DNA of 62,634 nt, filler included, from Rhabdomonas costata (GCA_019059605.1; 40 parts of 40 records of this genome joined end to end with filler, not necessarily neighbours in it); one strand, 5' to 3'. Counted from the whole stretch's first letter, positions 25,301 through 38,817 are shown. Notes: a model not told the origin generated them from the letters alone. Translations and numbers: made by a program.

Positions 25301-28300
25301 AAGGTCTCGGGGGACGCCTCTGACAGCGCGGACACAGCCCTGCCCCGCTCCACTGCAGCATGGACGGGGAATGGGCTCTGCACGAGCACAAAGGCGCGGA
25401 GGAGGATGGGTATGCCAGCGAGACGCCTCCGACAGTCCCGCAATGACCACCGGGAAACACACAGACTGGCGGCGCAAGGTCAGAAGGGAACACCAGCATC
25501 CTTGGGGCAGAGCAGGCCACCCCGCCCTGGCCCACTGCTGTGGGTGCCGGGATTCCTACCATGCGCAGCGGGCAGCGTCACAAACAGTCTCGCGAGGAGA
25601 CAAGGAAGGCATCCTCGGAGCAAATAAAAGCCCAAAAACCAAAGAAACACAACACAAAACTGCCGACACCTGAACGTGGACGTGGAGAGGACGGAAGCAC
25701 CCTTGTGCGCAGTGAGGAGGAGGGAAGAGAGGCGTTGCCGCGAAAGCAGCTCGGAAAGCCCACACCGCAACAGACCGCACCTAAGGGGAAGAAGCTTGGG
25801 TTTTGCAGAGACAGGGATGCGGCGATTGCCCGGGCTTTGTTCCAGAATTCGCGTGATGAGCAGCACGGCATTATCTTCATGCGGTGGCACACGAATGAGG
25901 CCGTCCTATGCAGGAAGTCATGTACGGTGTGCAATATATCTGACATAGCCATGTGGTAAAACACAGGTGATAAGGTTATAAGCAGCAGTGCTGCAACGTC
26001 CTAGAAACCAGCGGAAGGCACAGCGCTCAGAGACTGATTCAGGCAGCCCTGCTAGTGGCTTTCACATGAAAGCAATATTAATTGGGCAAAATCGCCAATT
26101 CCTCGAGAGCACACACCACAGTAAACCTGCCGAAGAGCGACAGCCCCTGCCAAAAGTGAAGTAAATGGTGGTACAATCTTATGAGAGCAAACTGTACGAC
26201 ACGACTGTACGACACATGTACCCGTTACAAATACTCTGGCAATTCTCTGACTTTCGGAACCTTTGACAATAAATCCAAATGGCAACCAGAACCCGTTCCA
26301 CCTCAGAAGCCCAGCCCCTCAAAGGATTGGCGACGCATATGCAACCTACTTGGGAGGGAAAAATACAGGAAGTTCAGAAAGGCACATGAACAGGGAAGTA
26401 GCTGCGCGCGAAGGTGAAAAATACACAGAATGTCACGGGAAAGCAATAGGGATGTGGACAGAAGGATGGGCGCCAGGTGCCAACACTGAAACAAAATGCT
26501 CGTTCCATGTGTCGTGGAATAGCTCCCTGCGGCGATTGGCATGCCAGGCGGCGTTTTCGGCAGCCCACCCACANNNNNNNNNNNNNNNNNNNNNNNNNNN
26601 NNNNNNNNNNNNNNNNNTTAATTAATTAANNNNNNNNNNNNNNNNNNNNNNNNNNNNNNNNNNNNNNNNNNNNTTGTGGTTGGGCGGAGCATGTCACTCG
26701 CACCAAACTTTGGGCCTCTAGACACTCACGCCGTCGTTTCGCATCCTGTACCGAGCAATCGCTGCCACATTGTCCATGGCACAATGTCGTAATGATACCT
26801 TACTTTCGATCAGCGGCATCCACTGCCACAAGCTGAGGTCTCCGTAATTTGGCTCCGACCTTTGATGTCCAGCATGCGTTAGAACTGGAAACCGGTTCTT
26901 CTTCCATCCACTTAGTTGATTTTTTCGCTGTTGCTTGTTTCCCCTTCTGTGCAAGCAGTGCAGGAATCTATTCACTCCCAGGTCACGAGGCAATGCAAGG
27001 TTCCCCAAAAGCTGCTGTTGCAGTGTTGCCCACAAGCTTATTGAACAACTCTATCCTCTGCTCTCGCAGTGGCGTGCTTCGCTTCCTTCCTGCAGTTGAC
27101 CTATTTACGGGCTGCTGAGCACGCTTCTAACTTCCTCCTCAGCTCTCAGCTTCGTTTTCGCCCCATTATTGCTCATCATCGCCACCCTCTTCGCATTTTG
27201 AGCACTATGCGCAGGGCCAGTAGGGCACCAGCTGTCGCTGTTGGTGACGAGGGCGATGGAGATTCTCGAGTCCCGGCGTCCCCTCCACACGCCCATCCGG
27301 AAGCTGCACTTTGGCTCCACCAGCTGGTTGTCGTCGCCCTTCCGCTCCTCTCACCCTGCTTCTGGTGCTTCTCCTCCGCAGAGCTGCTAGGGTGGGAGCT
27401 GTGCCACAACGATCTCCTTGTACGTCTCTTGTTGAGCTGGCTATTCTGCAGCGTGAGTTACTTGAACGCTGGCGTTAGCTGGGCCGGCTCGGGACCGCGA
27501 TAACTTCTTTGCCGTTCCTGCACAACTTGGCAGCAGTAGCAGCAGGTTGTCCATCCTCCGTCTTCATGAAAACTAGGCACCAAGAGTTCAATCAGCTGCC
27601 TTCTTGAAGAGCTAGGAAGAAGGGAAAATACATTTTAACATTTTGTTAACACTAGTTCGGCGCGGAGCCCAGGCCTGGTTTTCGGGTGCAGGTCGGACAT
27701 GGATCACCTTTCACAAGCATGAATCTTGATTGTGTATACGTTTGATGTATTTTAACACGCAAGAGTGTTCCCGACTACTTTAATCAGTTTGGGAAAGTGG
27801 CCGAGGAACAAGGCCATTCAGCAGAAGATAAGCAGGGTATCATGAACAGAAAATTGTCTGTCAAAAGACCACAACAAGTCACCAGGCCTGAGCAGTGCCA
27901 GAGAAGCGTCCTTTCAAAGTAGAGTACACAAGCGCACATGTGATGCACATAGAAAAATGTACATGACATGGGCATCTCCTTCGAGCGGAGAGGCACAAAC
28001 ACACGGTTGAAAAGTCCAGAGAAACGCAGCACAGAGTGCCTCACGACACCCAAACCAGTTTCTCGAAAACGGTGCACTCGGAAGGTAATGCAACTTCTCT
28101 CTTTGAACAAATTCATAAAAGGAAATTAAAGTAACCAACCACNNNNNNNNNNNNNNNNNNNNNNNNNNNNNNNNNNNNNNNNNNNNTTAATTAATTAANN
28201 NNNNNNNNNNNNNNNNNNNNNNNNNNNNNNNNNNNNNNNNNNCAACTTTGGCGGGGGCCAGAAGCTTTAGGTCACTCTGCGTCCGTGGTCAAAAAACGTC

Positions 28301-28732
28301 ATGAGTGACCCCTCCAAAAAAAATCACAACATCGGGAAAAGAACCGACCCCTCCAAGTTGGGGGATGACGATTGCTGAATCGCCGCTAATGGGGAAAGCT
28401 GTCGCCAGTGCTCTCCCTTGGCAGGGCATGTCGACTGTGCCGGCTGCGCCACCCGCTAATCAGACCGTGGCCAATGGAAAGTGCCAGTAGCTGTCGCTCT
28501 TATTGCACCGGTCGTGTAGCACGAGCTCCGCTGTTTGATAAAAACAGGTTGACAAGGTTTATAGAGGCTACGTTGCTGCGAGATGGCCCTGGTCACTGGT
28601 CAGTGTTGTCCTTGATAGAACACCGCTGACCGAAGGAACCGAGCGGTTCCCGCACTACTCCCATCGATCGTGCATGTCAACAGAGAGCCCCACATAGCGT
28701 TGCGGAGGAGCACGGCACCCACGCGCACTGAC

Positions 28733-29407
28733 CTCGTCAATGATCTCTTCCTGGATCAGCTCCTCGATGACATCCTCCAATGTGATGATCCCGACCAGGG
28801 TAAGGTGGTCCTTCACGTCCACCACCATGGCCAGGTGGCTGCGGCAATCATTTTTGAATCGAGAATGCAACCAAACTACGAAGATACGGGGAGGAAGAAG
28901 TACCTCTTTATGATTTTCGGTTCCTTGGAAACGTTAATACCACACGAAAGTTCAGAATACTGAAGCGAATTTATCTGAAGGGTGCGAAAAAGAGCCGCGT
29001 TGGCACGCATCACCATGTGGTTGCGAGCAAAACCGCGCCAGGCCACCTTTTCATCGAAAAGGAAGTTTTCTAAGTCCACTGGTGACCAGTGGCTCTATCT
29101 CGATGCAGCAAGGCTTTTTCCAGTTCAGACAAACCTGTCCACACTGTCATGGGGGTGGGAAAGTGCTGAAGGACCTCTGTCAAATGTGCTCAGGGGGCGG
29201 AAGGCTATATAAAAATCCCCCTCCCTCTCTCCAACCAACAGTGGTGGTCACCGCCACCACTGATACCTCGGCCGTGCTGGAAGAGATTCAGGAGGTCGTA
29301 CAGGGGTTTGTCCGCGGGAACAAAGGGAATAGGCCGGAGCTTCAGGTCCTTCACCGCCACCCCTTCATCAGGGTTGACCATGATGAGATACTTCGTAAGA
29401 AGCATAC
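28733..29407 (-). CDS. CNNM/DUF21-CBS metal transporter family, CBS-pair exons (29407-29267 and about 28838-28733)
   Basis: GMLLTKYLI...[21 protein letters not shown] and SHLAMVVD....[21 protein letters not shown] are hallmark CNNM/DUF21 CBS motifs. Confidence 0.9.
29083..29213 (+). pseudogene. DnaJ zinc-finger fragment lying antisense inside the CNNM intron
   Basis: [42 protein letters not shown] contains two CxxCxGxG repeats and the QGFF..QTCP motif of type I DnaJ; no convincing splice sites flank it. Confidence 0.75.
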
Positions 29408-29862
29408 CTAGGAAAGGCATCCCGCCGGTGCACCCGCGATACAAGTTTCCTCTTCTACTGCGGAGGGCTTGGCTCTGGTTAGGTGGCGATGGCGGTGTAG
29501 CTGTTAACCGCCAACCGCCAAAGATGACAGTTAGCTACCAATTGAAAACGAATGGCAGGCAGGCATCTAGCATTTCTCACGCGCACCCGCACGAACGCTA
29601 ACACACCCGCAGAAGGCTTAACGTCTAACCTAACCTACCGCAAACACACAAGTACACAGAAAGGGAAAGTAATTTACGGATGACGGCGGTCAGACGTTAC
29701 CACAAAACCCCNNNNNNNNNNNNNNNNNNNNNNNNNNNNNNNNNNNNNNNNNNNNTTAATTAATTAANNNNNNNNNNNNNNNNNNNNNNNNNNNNNNNNN
29801 NNNNNNNNNNNTTGTGGGTTTGGATCGGGGAAAGCCGTCACACGGGGAAAGCCAACCCTACG

Positions 29863-29951
29863 TGACAAGACAGCGGGACAAGGGAGCCAGGGGGGAAGTG
29901 GACCTCGAGTCCTCCCCAGGAAAAATTCACATTGCCAAATGCACCAAGTGT
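29863..29951 (-). repeat. Interspersed repeat, copy 2 (copy 1 at 18285-18432)
   Basis: Reverse complement matches 18285-18356 and 18420-18432, with an internal gap. Confidence 0.8.
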
Positions 29952-31693
29952 ACTGTTGGTGCACCATGAATGTTGTGTTATTGAATGTCTGCAAATGTTG
30001 GTCCAAACACCGTCACTCAGCTGGATGCAAACGCACATTTCCTAGCGGACTTTTGCTTTTCAAGTTGGAAATGGTAATCCACGGGAGACAGTTGCGCAGA
30101 GGGGCGCATTTTCATTTTGAGAGACGATCTGGGACATCCCATCGGCATTCATTTTTTTGTGTCTGCGGGGGTGGTAAACGGTTGCACATTTTTAAGCGGT
30201 GTCTTATATGAGACCGAACAATTTTGTATGCGGTATCTTTCCTCGGCATTTCTGATGTATTAGATGGCGGACTTCGGTGACTGAGCCCGGAAAGGGCGAC
30301 GAAGGTTCCGAGGTAATTTAATTGCGAAGGCCAGCCGCGACGCTGCCGGAGCTGGCGGCTTCGTGCCCCAGAAGCCGCACATGAAGAGGCAGCGTTTTCC
30401 TTGTCGTTTAACGTCGTTAGCCCAATTAAGCCCCCATAAAAACACAGGGTGCTTTTCACATCTCTTCTCCGTTCCTATCTTGTGAGGGTTTGAGATCGTG
30501 TTGTGGTTGTGCTCTGGTTAGTCCTACGGGCAGCCCGCGCAACAGCGGAGGTGCCTTCCGTTCTTTGGCCTGGAGATCGCCGAAAACTCCCCAGAGGTGC
30601 GTGTTCCCGTGCTAGGCAGGCTCCATGTCTCACTCTGCCTTTCACCTCACTTACACCCACACCCACAACGGTGTCCCTTTGTGCACTCGAGGGAGGAGAA
30701 CGAACCCGCGCAGAGAAGGTCCCAGTGCGCAGAGGTACAAGCGGACCATCGAGCTTCGCAATAATTCAGAGTCGTTATGCTACCACCAACGGGTATCGAA
30801 AGTACTCGGAGACGCACCACACCAGCCAGAGTCAGGGAGGCAATCCCTAGGAACAGGAGGTTCAGCGAAAGAGGGCAGGAATAGCCCGCAGCGCAGCTAT
30901 AGAGTGATGCGATGGCACGGCAACGCCTGAAGATACCGGTGCTGCCCGTTCACCGATTCGAAAGAAAAGCTCCAAGGGTCGTTCCCACGAGAAAAGGTCC
31001 CAGCCCCCCAAGGAAGTAGTGTGGAGTCGCAGAGACCTGAGCAGCAACGGAGCAATGCAAATAGCCGCTGGAAAAGAGCAGCTGCGCGACAAAGGCCCGG
31101 GATCCGTCGGGCAGAAGGGAGTTCCCATATGTGGAACGTTCGGCGGTGAGTCGGTTCCGGTTCCCCACGGCACTGTTCGCTGCAACGGCACCTCTCGCGA
31201 GCACCCGTGGCCAACAGCGCGTGCGCCCGTCAGTCCACAGTGGTCACCAACAACCAAGCAACCAGTCAACCAGACAACACNNNNNNNNNNNNNNNNNNNN
31301 NNNNNNNNNNNNNNNNNNNNNNNNTTAATTAATTAANNNNNNNNNNNNNNNNNNNNNNNNNNNNNNNNNNNNNNNNNNNNGGGGGGTTGGTGGGGCAGGG
31401 CAGGGTGCAGATGTCACCCGAGTACGTGCTGAGCAGAAGGCGATCAGAAAGACAGAAAGAAAGAAAAGAAAGGAAACCTGAGTTTGAATGATCTCACCTT
31501 CTTTTGACTGCTAGGTGCTGAAGGCCAAAGGTGTCCGCAGTTGGTCGGGACGGACGCTTAGCTTGTTGGCTTGGAACGCATAATCAGCAAAGAAGCCCTG
31601 CCATACACTCACTCTTTATGAACTAGGCCAAAATAACACACCCATACCCACACACAGACACATAAACAACAACAAAAGCAAGCAAATACATGC

Positions 31694-32739
31694 CTGGAGC
31701 AGACGTCGCACGCAAGGCCACCCCAGTGCCCCGCGGTGGAAGAGCTGAGGCACGAGCAGGTCCCGTTGGCGGTGAGGCATGTCCCGCGGTTGGTGCAGAT
31801 CATCGTGTTGCGCACAGGACACGCAGTTGAGCAAGCGGAGTCACCGTAGCCGTACACGCTTTGCATAAACAAGCGGAGAGGAGGGGTCAATATTAATCTG
31901 GTGAGGTTGTGAGAGTGCCCGTTTTGGGAGTTCGGAAAGAGCTGGTGCAAATCGCAATTTGACCGCTTTTGCGTTTGTGTGCGCGTTTGGTCCAGTGCTG
32001 TCCAATTGATGTTTAACCAGCAGTGCGGTGGAGAAACGTGGTGATGGCTGCACGAACACTTTCAAGTTGGAATGAAACCACCCAACAACGCAGGACCAAC
32101 AATTCTGTTCCAGTGCGCATGCTCGCCGCGAATAGAATAGGGCTGCAAAAAAGGCTGGAAAGAAAACGTGGGACATCTCCCAGCTGGGGAGAGGGAAGGT
32201 GGGAGATGTGCTCCCATTTTTGCGCTTCAGGTGAAGAAAGACCAATACATGCGCTGCATGCAGACACCCTGAGCAGGGAGCAAAAGAGTAAAAACTGCCA
32301 CACCATGTGCAGGTTCCCGTCCCTGTGTAGTCCATGCTGCAGTTCCCTGTACAGAAAACCAGGGAAACAATCCCCTCCTCCCATCTGCTAAAGCAATGGA
32401 AACCTGCAAAAACTCAAACCAGCGCCACCGAGTCGCATCGCAAAATTCCGGTAATGAATATCGATGTCATATCTGCAGCACAGCCACGATTGCATTGCTA
32501 TCACTTCTCTCGAATCACCTGCAGCACTTGCAGAAGCCCTGCACACACGACTGCACACATTGCGCATGGAAGGAAGGGGACACTACCATGCCCCGAGCAC
32601 GGATTGGAGGCTCCACCCGCGCACGCAATTGTGCAACTCGCCCCGGCCCACCCGTACAGGCAGTTCCCGCAGTACGTGCCGTTCCAGTTGCCGCTACATG
32701 CGCAAGTGCCGTTCCCAGTTCGGCCATCGAAGCAAGACC
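31694..32739 (-). CDS. EGF/laminin-EGF repeat surface protein, three exons (32739-32587, 32346-32304, 31858-31694)
   Basis: Exons splice in frame: CFDGRTGNGTCACSGNWNGTYC...CAGGASNPCSGHG|NCSMDYTGTGTCTC|VYGYGDSACSTACP...GHWGGLACDVC. The last donor appears to be GC (AG|gcatgt). Confidence 0.88.
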
Positions 32740-32969
32740 CTAAGGAAGAAAACGAAAAACAGAAAAACTCACGGCAAGCCGGGAAAGACACACAAGCCCT
32801 CCCAGCGACGGGACTCAAGCAGCTCATATCGGTTCGCAACGAAAACANNNNNNNNNNNNNNNNNNNNNNNNNNNNNNNNNNNNNNNNNNNNTTAATTAAT
32901 TAANNNNNNNNNNNNNNNNNNNNNNNNNNNNNNNNNNNNNNNNNNNNTGTTGTGGGGGAATGCCGCACA

Positions 32970-33101
32970 GTCCTGTGCGATGGCGGTATTGGTGCGGGAG
33001 CGGATGATAGTCTGGACCTCATCCGGGAGGTCCTCCAGCTTCACGTCGGAGAAGTCGTCGAACTCGGGCGCCGCAGCCGGCCCCCCCGCGCGCTTAGCCA
33101 T
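32970..33101 (-). CDS. Probable first coding exon of an uncharacterised protein
   Basis: ATG at 33101, high-GC3 MAKRAGGPAAAPEFDDFSDVKLEDLPDEVQTIIRSR; truncated by the contig end. Confidence 0.4.
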
Positions 33102-35336
33102 TGCCTTTCTCTCTCGTGTGCGATGATGGCTACCTATCGTCCGCACTCTGTTGCTGGCCTCGCTCCAATGGCCTTAAAATGTGTATGAAGCGCAGACGTG
33201 TGCGTCCAAAGGTATCCCTTCCAAAGATCGAGATATAACACAAGCCTCTGATAAAGAGGAGGAAAATAGCATGGGAAGAGTAACTACCACGTGTCGGTTC
33301 CCGGCGCAAAATTCTGAAAAGGTGGGGGTGGCGACCGACTTCCCACACCCGTCCCATCCAGCATCGACTTTGCAACAACATCGACTCGGAAGCTATTCAT
33401 TTCTCAAGCAATCGCGCCTCCAATCAAAGCGGGACATTGTTTTTTTGGTGTTCTAGAAACATTTAAGATTGTGGATCGATTGGGACAACATTAGTTTCGG
33501 GGCGGAGGCCAGCCGCCGCGGCGCGGACGGAGCGGCCGAATGAGGCGAAGACGTGCCATGCGGGGGGGTCTTGCAAAAATTTGCCTTTTGCTGCTTAACA
33601 CTGTTAAACGGTAAAAACTCGTGTTTCTCAAAAAAGTCCCTTTCTCAGCACGGGGCTTAGGTTAGCTGTGCCTGAACTCACACACATGATGTTATTTTAG
33701 CGAAAGGGGGTCAGGTTTACTGTACTGCCCCCTAGATGCCGATTTTCAAGTTTGAAAAATTCCGACTGTTTAATGGTGTTAAACGTTAACTCCCCCCTCC
33801 CCAATACAACAGCCCCATCAAAACTGGGGTGATGCGGAAACGGGTCTTTACCCCAATGTGGTGAACATTAATGGTGGCGATTGCCACCGCCAATCATAAC
33901 ATGCTAACTTTGGGCGAAGAAACCATCCATATTCGTCGTTTCAGCGTTTCAGCCCAGCTTTCAGAGCAGTCAGCTTTCTCGTAAGATAAATGCACACAGG
34001 GGTGACGGCAGTACAGGAGTCTGCGGGGTACGTGACAGACTGTGGCACACCTCAAAATTGAATACCAATCGATAGGAAGGATGGAAGATGACTAAGGTCC
34101 ACAAGCCTCGGAGGACACTCAGAGCAAAAATACACGCAAGGGAGCACGCCAGCAGGAGCAAGGTTGATCCAATGCCCGAACTTGTGATGTGGACGCGCCG
34201 CACAGAAGGAAGTCCCACACGGTCCAACCCTTCCGAGGATGGGGGAGTAATTATTTTAGTGCAGCCTGAATCCACGCGAAAACGTTTGCCTTCCCTCAGC
34301 AAAAGGACAAGTGGGCTCACAACCCCGTGGTGCAAGGTGCACCAATGCCCTCCTGTTCTGCTTCCCACTGACGAAGCACGGGAGAAAAGGAGACTGTGTG
34401 AAGGCCCAACACACANNNNNNNNNNNNNNNNNNNNNNNNNNNNNNNNNNNNNNNNNNNNTTAATTAATTAANNNNNNNNNNNNNNNNNNNNNNNNNNNNN
34501 NNNNNNNNNNNNNNNGGTGGGGTGGGACGTTGGACGTCTAACCGGGCACCGCGGTTCGTGCACCGCCTTTTGATACCTGCGAGGAAAGTAGCCATGTCGC
34601 AGGGCACCTGCATCTCTAAGCCCCGTCTTGCCTAACCCAGACGCTCTGAAGGTTCGGGGGTTTGGGGGGTAGCAAAAAGCCAGTTTTTTTGTTACCAGAA
34701 GTGACCCCATTGGCGGGCGACTCCCTCCCCCAACACACACTGATTTGCGCGAATGGATTCTCGGAGTTGACCAGGGAATGTTTATTGTGATGGTCCAGCG
34801 TGCTCTATCGCTTTGCAGCTGGCGGGTTCGATTCCGTGAACAAGGCAGAGCACCTGTCCATCGGGTTGAGACGTCAATTTTGGGCACCGTTTACTCAGCA
34901 GCCGAAATAGATTGGGCAGTTGGGCATACTCGCGGATCCTCGTCACGGCTCGAGGAAGCTCCGTCTGAGTGAGTACTGCTGGTGCTGCTTTCGCCGCAGC
35001 CACTGGTGGTGTTTCGGCAAGTGTCGTCAGAACCTGAAATCGAAAATCGGTACACGAGCACGAGGGTGTGCGAGAGAGTGGTTATGAAACACTTTCTGAG
35101 GGAATGATCGGGTTTCAGGAACGAATGGCATAACGGGAGAGGTAGTGAGGAGGGAGCACGAGGTGAAAAACAACCGGCAACGCCCTCCTACCCGCCGACG
35201 CTCCCATTTCAACTGAGCAGCTCTACCTCTCTAACACAACACTTTTTTAACATATCTAGACCCCCCCCTCGTCCGCTTCCCGCTTCCCGAAAATACGGGG
35301 GAGGGCAATGCCAGTGCGGGTAGAAAAGAAACAGAG

Positions 35337-35360
35337 ACTCTCTCTCTCTCTCTCTCTCTC
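35337..35360 (+). repeat. (CT)n microsatellite
   Basis: Directly visible dinucleotide run. Confidence 0.9.
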
Positions 35361-36092
35361 TCGATAAAGTGTAGTGCTCGCGCTGTCTCAAACCCATAAT
35401 CAATGAGTTTTGGTTTGGATGCATTGGGAGGATGGTCTTAAACGTAGGGTAGCGCGGCGGAGCTGGGGTAGGTCACAAACAATCCTTCCGTTGAATGCAA
35501 TCATTAACCCTGCGAAGGTCTTAATCAGGATTCATATCCAGAAGAAAAACACGAAGAGTTTCCAGAATGTTATTTGCTTGCTTCGAAAGCGCAGCCGGAC
35601 ATACCAGCCTGTTTTCCGATGTGGTGTGTCTCGTCATCATCCTTGTCGGCAGCACCGCAGGTCGTGGAAGGCCTTTCTTTGGAACCCCCACTGGCAGGCG
35701 CACTGAGGTCGTTGGGGAGACTGCTCCAAGCCCGAGAGATGTTTGATGATGTCCTCTCTGCTATCTTTTCACGGCTCCCCTCCTTTGCCAGTGCGGGGCT
35801 AAGGGTTGCGGGCGTCCCTCCGCTCCTCTGCTCCTTGTGCGTCTGGCAGGTCAACCCTGAGAATCATCCGCAAGGGGCATAACACATTCCCTTCCCGGAG
35901 TTGGGCGACAAGAGAGTCACTGTCACAGGCACTGTCTGAGCAACTTGACCACTTCTCCGATTCTTCCCTTTCTCACCAACAACANNNNNNNNNNNNNNNN
36001 NNNNNNNNNNNNNNNNNNNNNNNNNNNNTTAATTAATTAANNNNNNNNNNNNNNNNNNNNNNNNNNNNNNNNNNNNNNNNNNNNTTGTGTTT

Positions 36093-37185
36093 GTGGGTCG
36101 AAGGACTCGAAGATCTCGGTGATCTCGGGCACCTGGAACTGCTTCCTGGGAGGGGAGGAGCAAGCTAGGGTAGAGTGGGGTGATGGGGGCGGCGGAATCG
36201 GGAGGAGGAGACTTACCGGAACAGCGGGAGCTCGATCCACAAAGCGAGGCAAACAAAGCAGTTCACTGAGAACTTAGAAAAAGACAACAACTGCTGCCTA
36301 AGTGCTCCAGTTTGTCCAAGTTTGATTGATGTGCTTTCCCTTTAAAGTTCACCCAGAGTCATCACGTTGCCTGGATTTCAGGCCCAAAATTTTTCGGCTG
36401 GGGGTTGGGTTGAGATGTGCCCATTCTCATGAACTCATGCGAGAGTGTGAGAGTGCGAGAGTGCAAGGAAAAAGGCAGAAGCACTCGGCGGCGAAGTGCC
36501 TGGAGAGAGAGGAGGGGGGGGGTGCCCTTCAAGGACGCACCCTTCAAAAGCTGTCACCCATGCACCGAAACATCAATGTATGCCCATCAAAGCAAGTTTC
36601 TTTGTATTTCTGTTGGAGGCTTCAAACCCAGGAGGGAAACGCTAAAAGACTAAAAGGGAGGAGGAAAGAGAAAACAGGACTTGATGATCGCTTCGGTGTG
36701 CTTGAAGTCGTGCGCGGGCGCGTCGGCATGGAGCATCCCTGAAACATCCCCGCGGCAGAAATATCCTCGATACAGAAATGCCACTGGGAGGAGAGTAAAC
36801 CGTCAATCGGTCAAATCGAGTGCTTGGTAAGGGGTGATCCGTTTAAAATAGAATTGCCTACAGCCCAAGGTTGTCCGGGTCGGTTCTTTGGAATCCCCTG
36901 TCAACCTTATCAATTCACGGCAGAAAAGGAAGGCGGACCCAGATGGGAGCACAGCTCCAGGCCGAAGACGTCTGGGCGGGTGGCCATCCACTGCCCCAGC
37001 TTGATGAACGTCGGCCCGGCCCAGACCAGGGTGCTGGATAGGCACCGGTGGAAGGCCTTCGCGCTGAGCAGCCGCACAAAGTAGAGAAAGTAGGCCCCCA
37101 CCAAGGGCATTCCCACCAGCAGCAGCCGGGTAACGTGCAGGTAGATCCCAATGCCAAGTGCGAGGGGAAGCACAGCCGCAGGAAC
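36093..37185 (-). CDS. ABC1/UbiB atypical kinase, ADCK2-like, three exons (37185-36939, 36738-36681, 36145 to contig end)
   Basis: Exons join in phases 1 and 2: AGPTFIKLGQWMATRPDVF..ELCSHLG|MLHADAPAHDFKHTEAIIK|KQFQVPEITEIFESFDP. Contains the UbiB KxGQ motif; GQW.ATR.D.F and LH...P.H fit the ADCK2 subgroup. Confidence 0.9.
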
Positions 37186-38817
37186 CTGCACACAGTGCCA
37201 AAACCTCTGTGAAGACCACCTGTGTGTCATCGTAAACCCTCCGCAGCGTGCTGAAGTGGAGCAAACGAGATGGGAAATCTCCCCAACGCTAAGGAGCACG
37301 CCGAGGGGGAAAGATCGGGAAACCTGACCCCAAGCACCGGCCAACGGACCGTTACGGACCGCTTCGGGAGACAAACAAAAGACCCCAGTCCTATTTTCGG
37401 TTTCGCCCTCTCCAGAACATCTGCGACCTAAAAATGTGTCGACCCTTAATTTCTTATTCGCTATGTCTGTTAATAATCTCTCGACGTCGCTGATACAATG
37501 CCTTGATCTCACCCTAACTCTCCCGAGGTGAAACGCAGTTTTAACCCCCCACNNNNNNNNNNNNNNNNNNNNNNNNNNNNNNNNNNNNNNNNNNNNTTAA
37601 TTAATTAANNNNNNNNNNNNNNNNNNNNNNNNNNNNNNNNNNNNNNNNNNNNGGGTGTGAGAAGAGATCAGAGAAATGGCCCAAAACGACGAGTACGCAC
37701 GCTTTTTTCCCATTCGACAGAGCGGCCTCATTTGTCAATCGTTTGGACTGGCTCACCTGTGGGAAAAAAGCGTGCGTACTCGTCGTTTTGGGCCATTTCT
37801 CTGATCTCTTCTCACGCCACTTCAAAGCTTGCGCCCTTTGCGGCTCTTGTGCTTCTAAAACACTCTTTGACGCGATTGGGAGCCCTCGCTCTTGCCTTTA
37901 GTCCTGCTTAGGCCTGAGGCTTGAGCACAAGGTGAAGCAGCGGAGGTATGGCGAAAGAACTGAGTCAAGTGCAGGAGGCGAGGGGGAGCGGGGGGAAACC
38001 ATTGCCTCTACGTTGCTACCGCCTCCGCCAGGGGGAAACTCCTTTTTGGGAGAGGGCAGGGTGCCCGCCGGAAGCCTTTGTAAGAAAGCACAGAAAACGC
38101 GAACAGAGGGTATCAACCCTTTGGGGGTCACGCGACAGTTGCGTGGGCTGCGGAGAAGGCTCCCATTTCTATTTTCGGTGACAAAAAGTGAAACAACGAA
38201 GAGCAAGAAAAGGAAGGAGAGGAAAGGCAAAGCAGAGCAGTGCAAAACAGAAAACAACAGCGAAAAAAACGACGCCCAAAGCGAGATTTAAAAAAGAATA
38301 AAAGAAAACCCGATTAGAAACAGGACAATTTTCGTATTCTTCTTCTGCTGCTGCTTCTTTTTCTTGTTTGAGTGAATTGGGGCTCTTCTGTTCCTGGGGA
38401 GGAGTGGGGGGTTGGAGTTGAAGAGATGAAGGCAACTATGTGCTATTGGTGAGTTTGGATTGCAGATATATGCAGCAGTGCCTCCGATTTCGTGCACAAA
38501 AACAAAACAAGAATAAGGAGACTGCGGATGACGGCTGTTTTGTAGTTGTTTTCTTGGGGGCTGGTTCCGTTTGGTCCGTTTGGAGTAGTGGGCATTACAG
38601 TATCTGGTGCACAGTTCCGGTGCGAAAATCTACGGAGGTGCAAAAGTCACTTTTTTGGATGAATTAATTGATTTATGCTTTCTTGTAGTGGGTCTACGAG
38701 ACGGTTTGTTCCAAACAGATAAAAGTTCCAACATTTTCCGGCAGGCGTCTTTGGAGCTCTCAGATGGCGTCTCCTGCCACTTGCTGTGACACATGAAGGA
38801 GTGTTGGGTTCAAAGGC

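Noticed and set aside
35091-35100. ACTTTCTGAG resembling the start of the euglenid spliced leader
   Set aside because: The rest of the leader and the GT donor do not follow.
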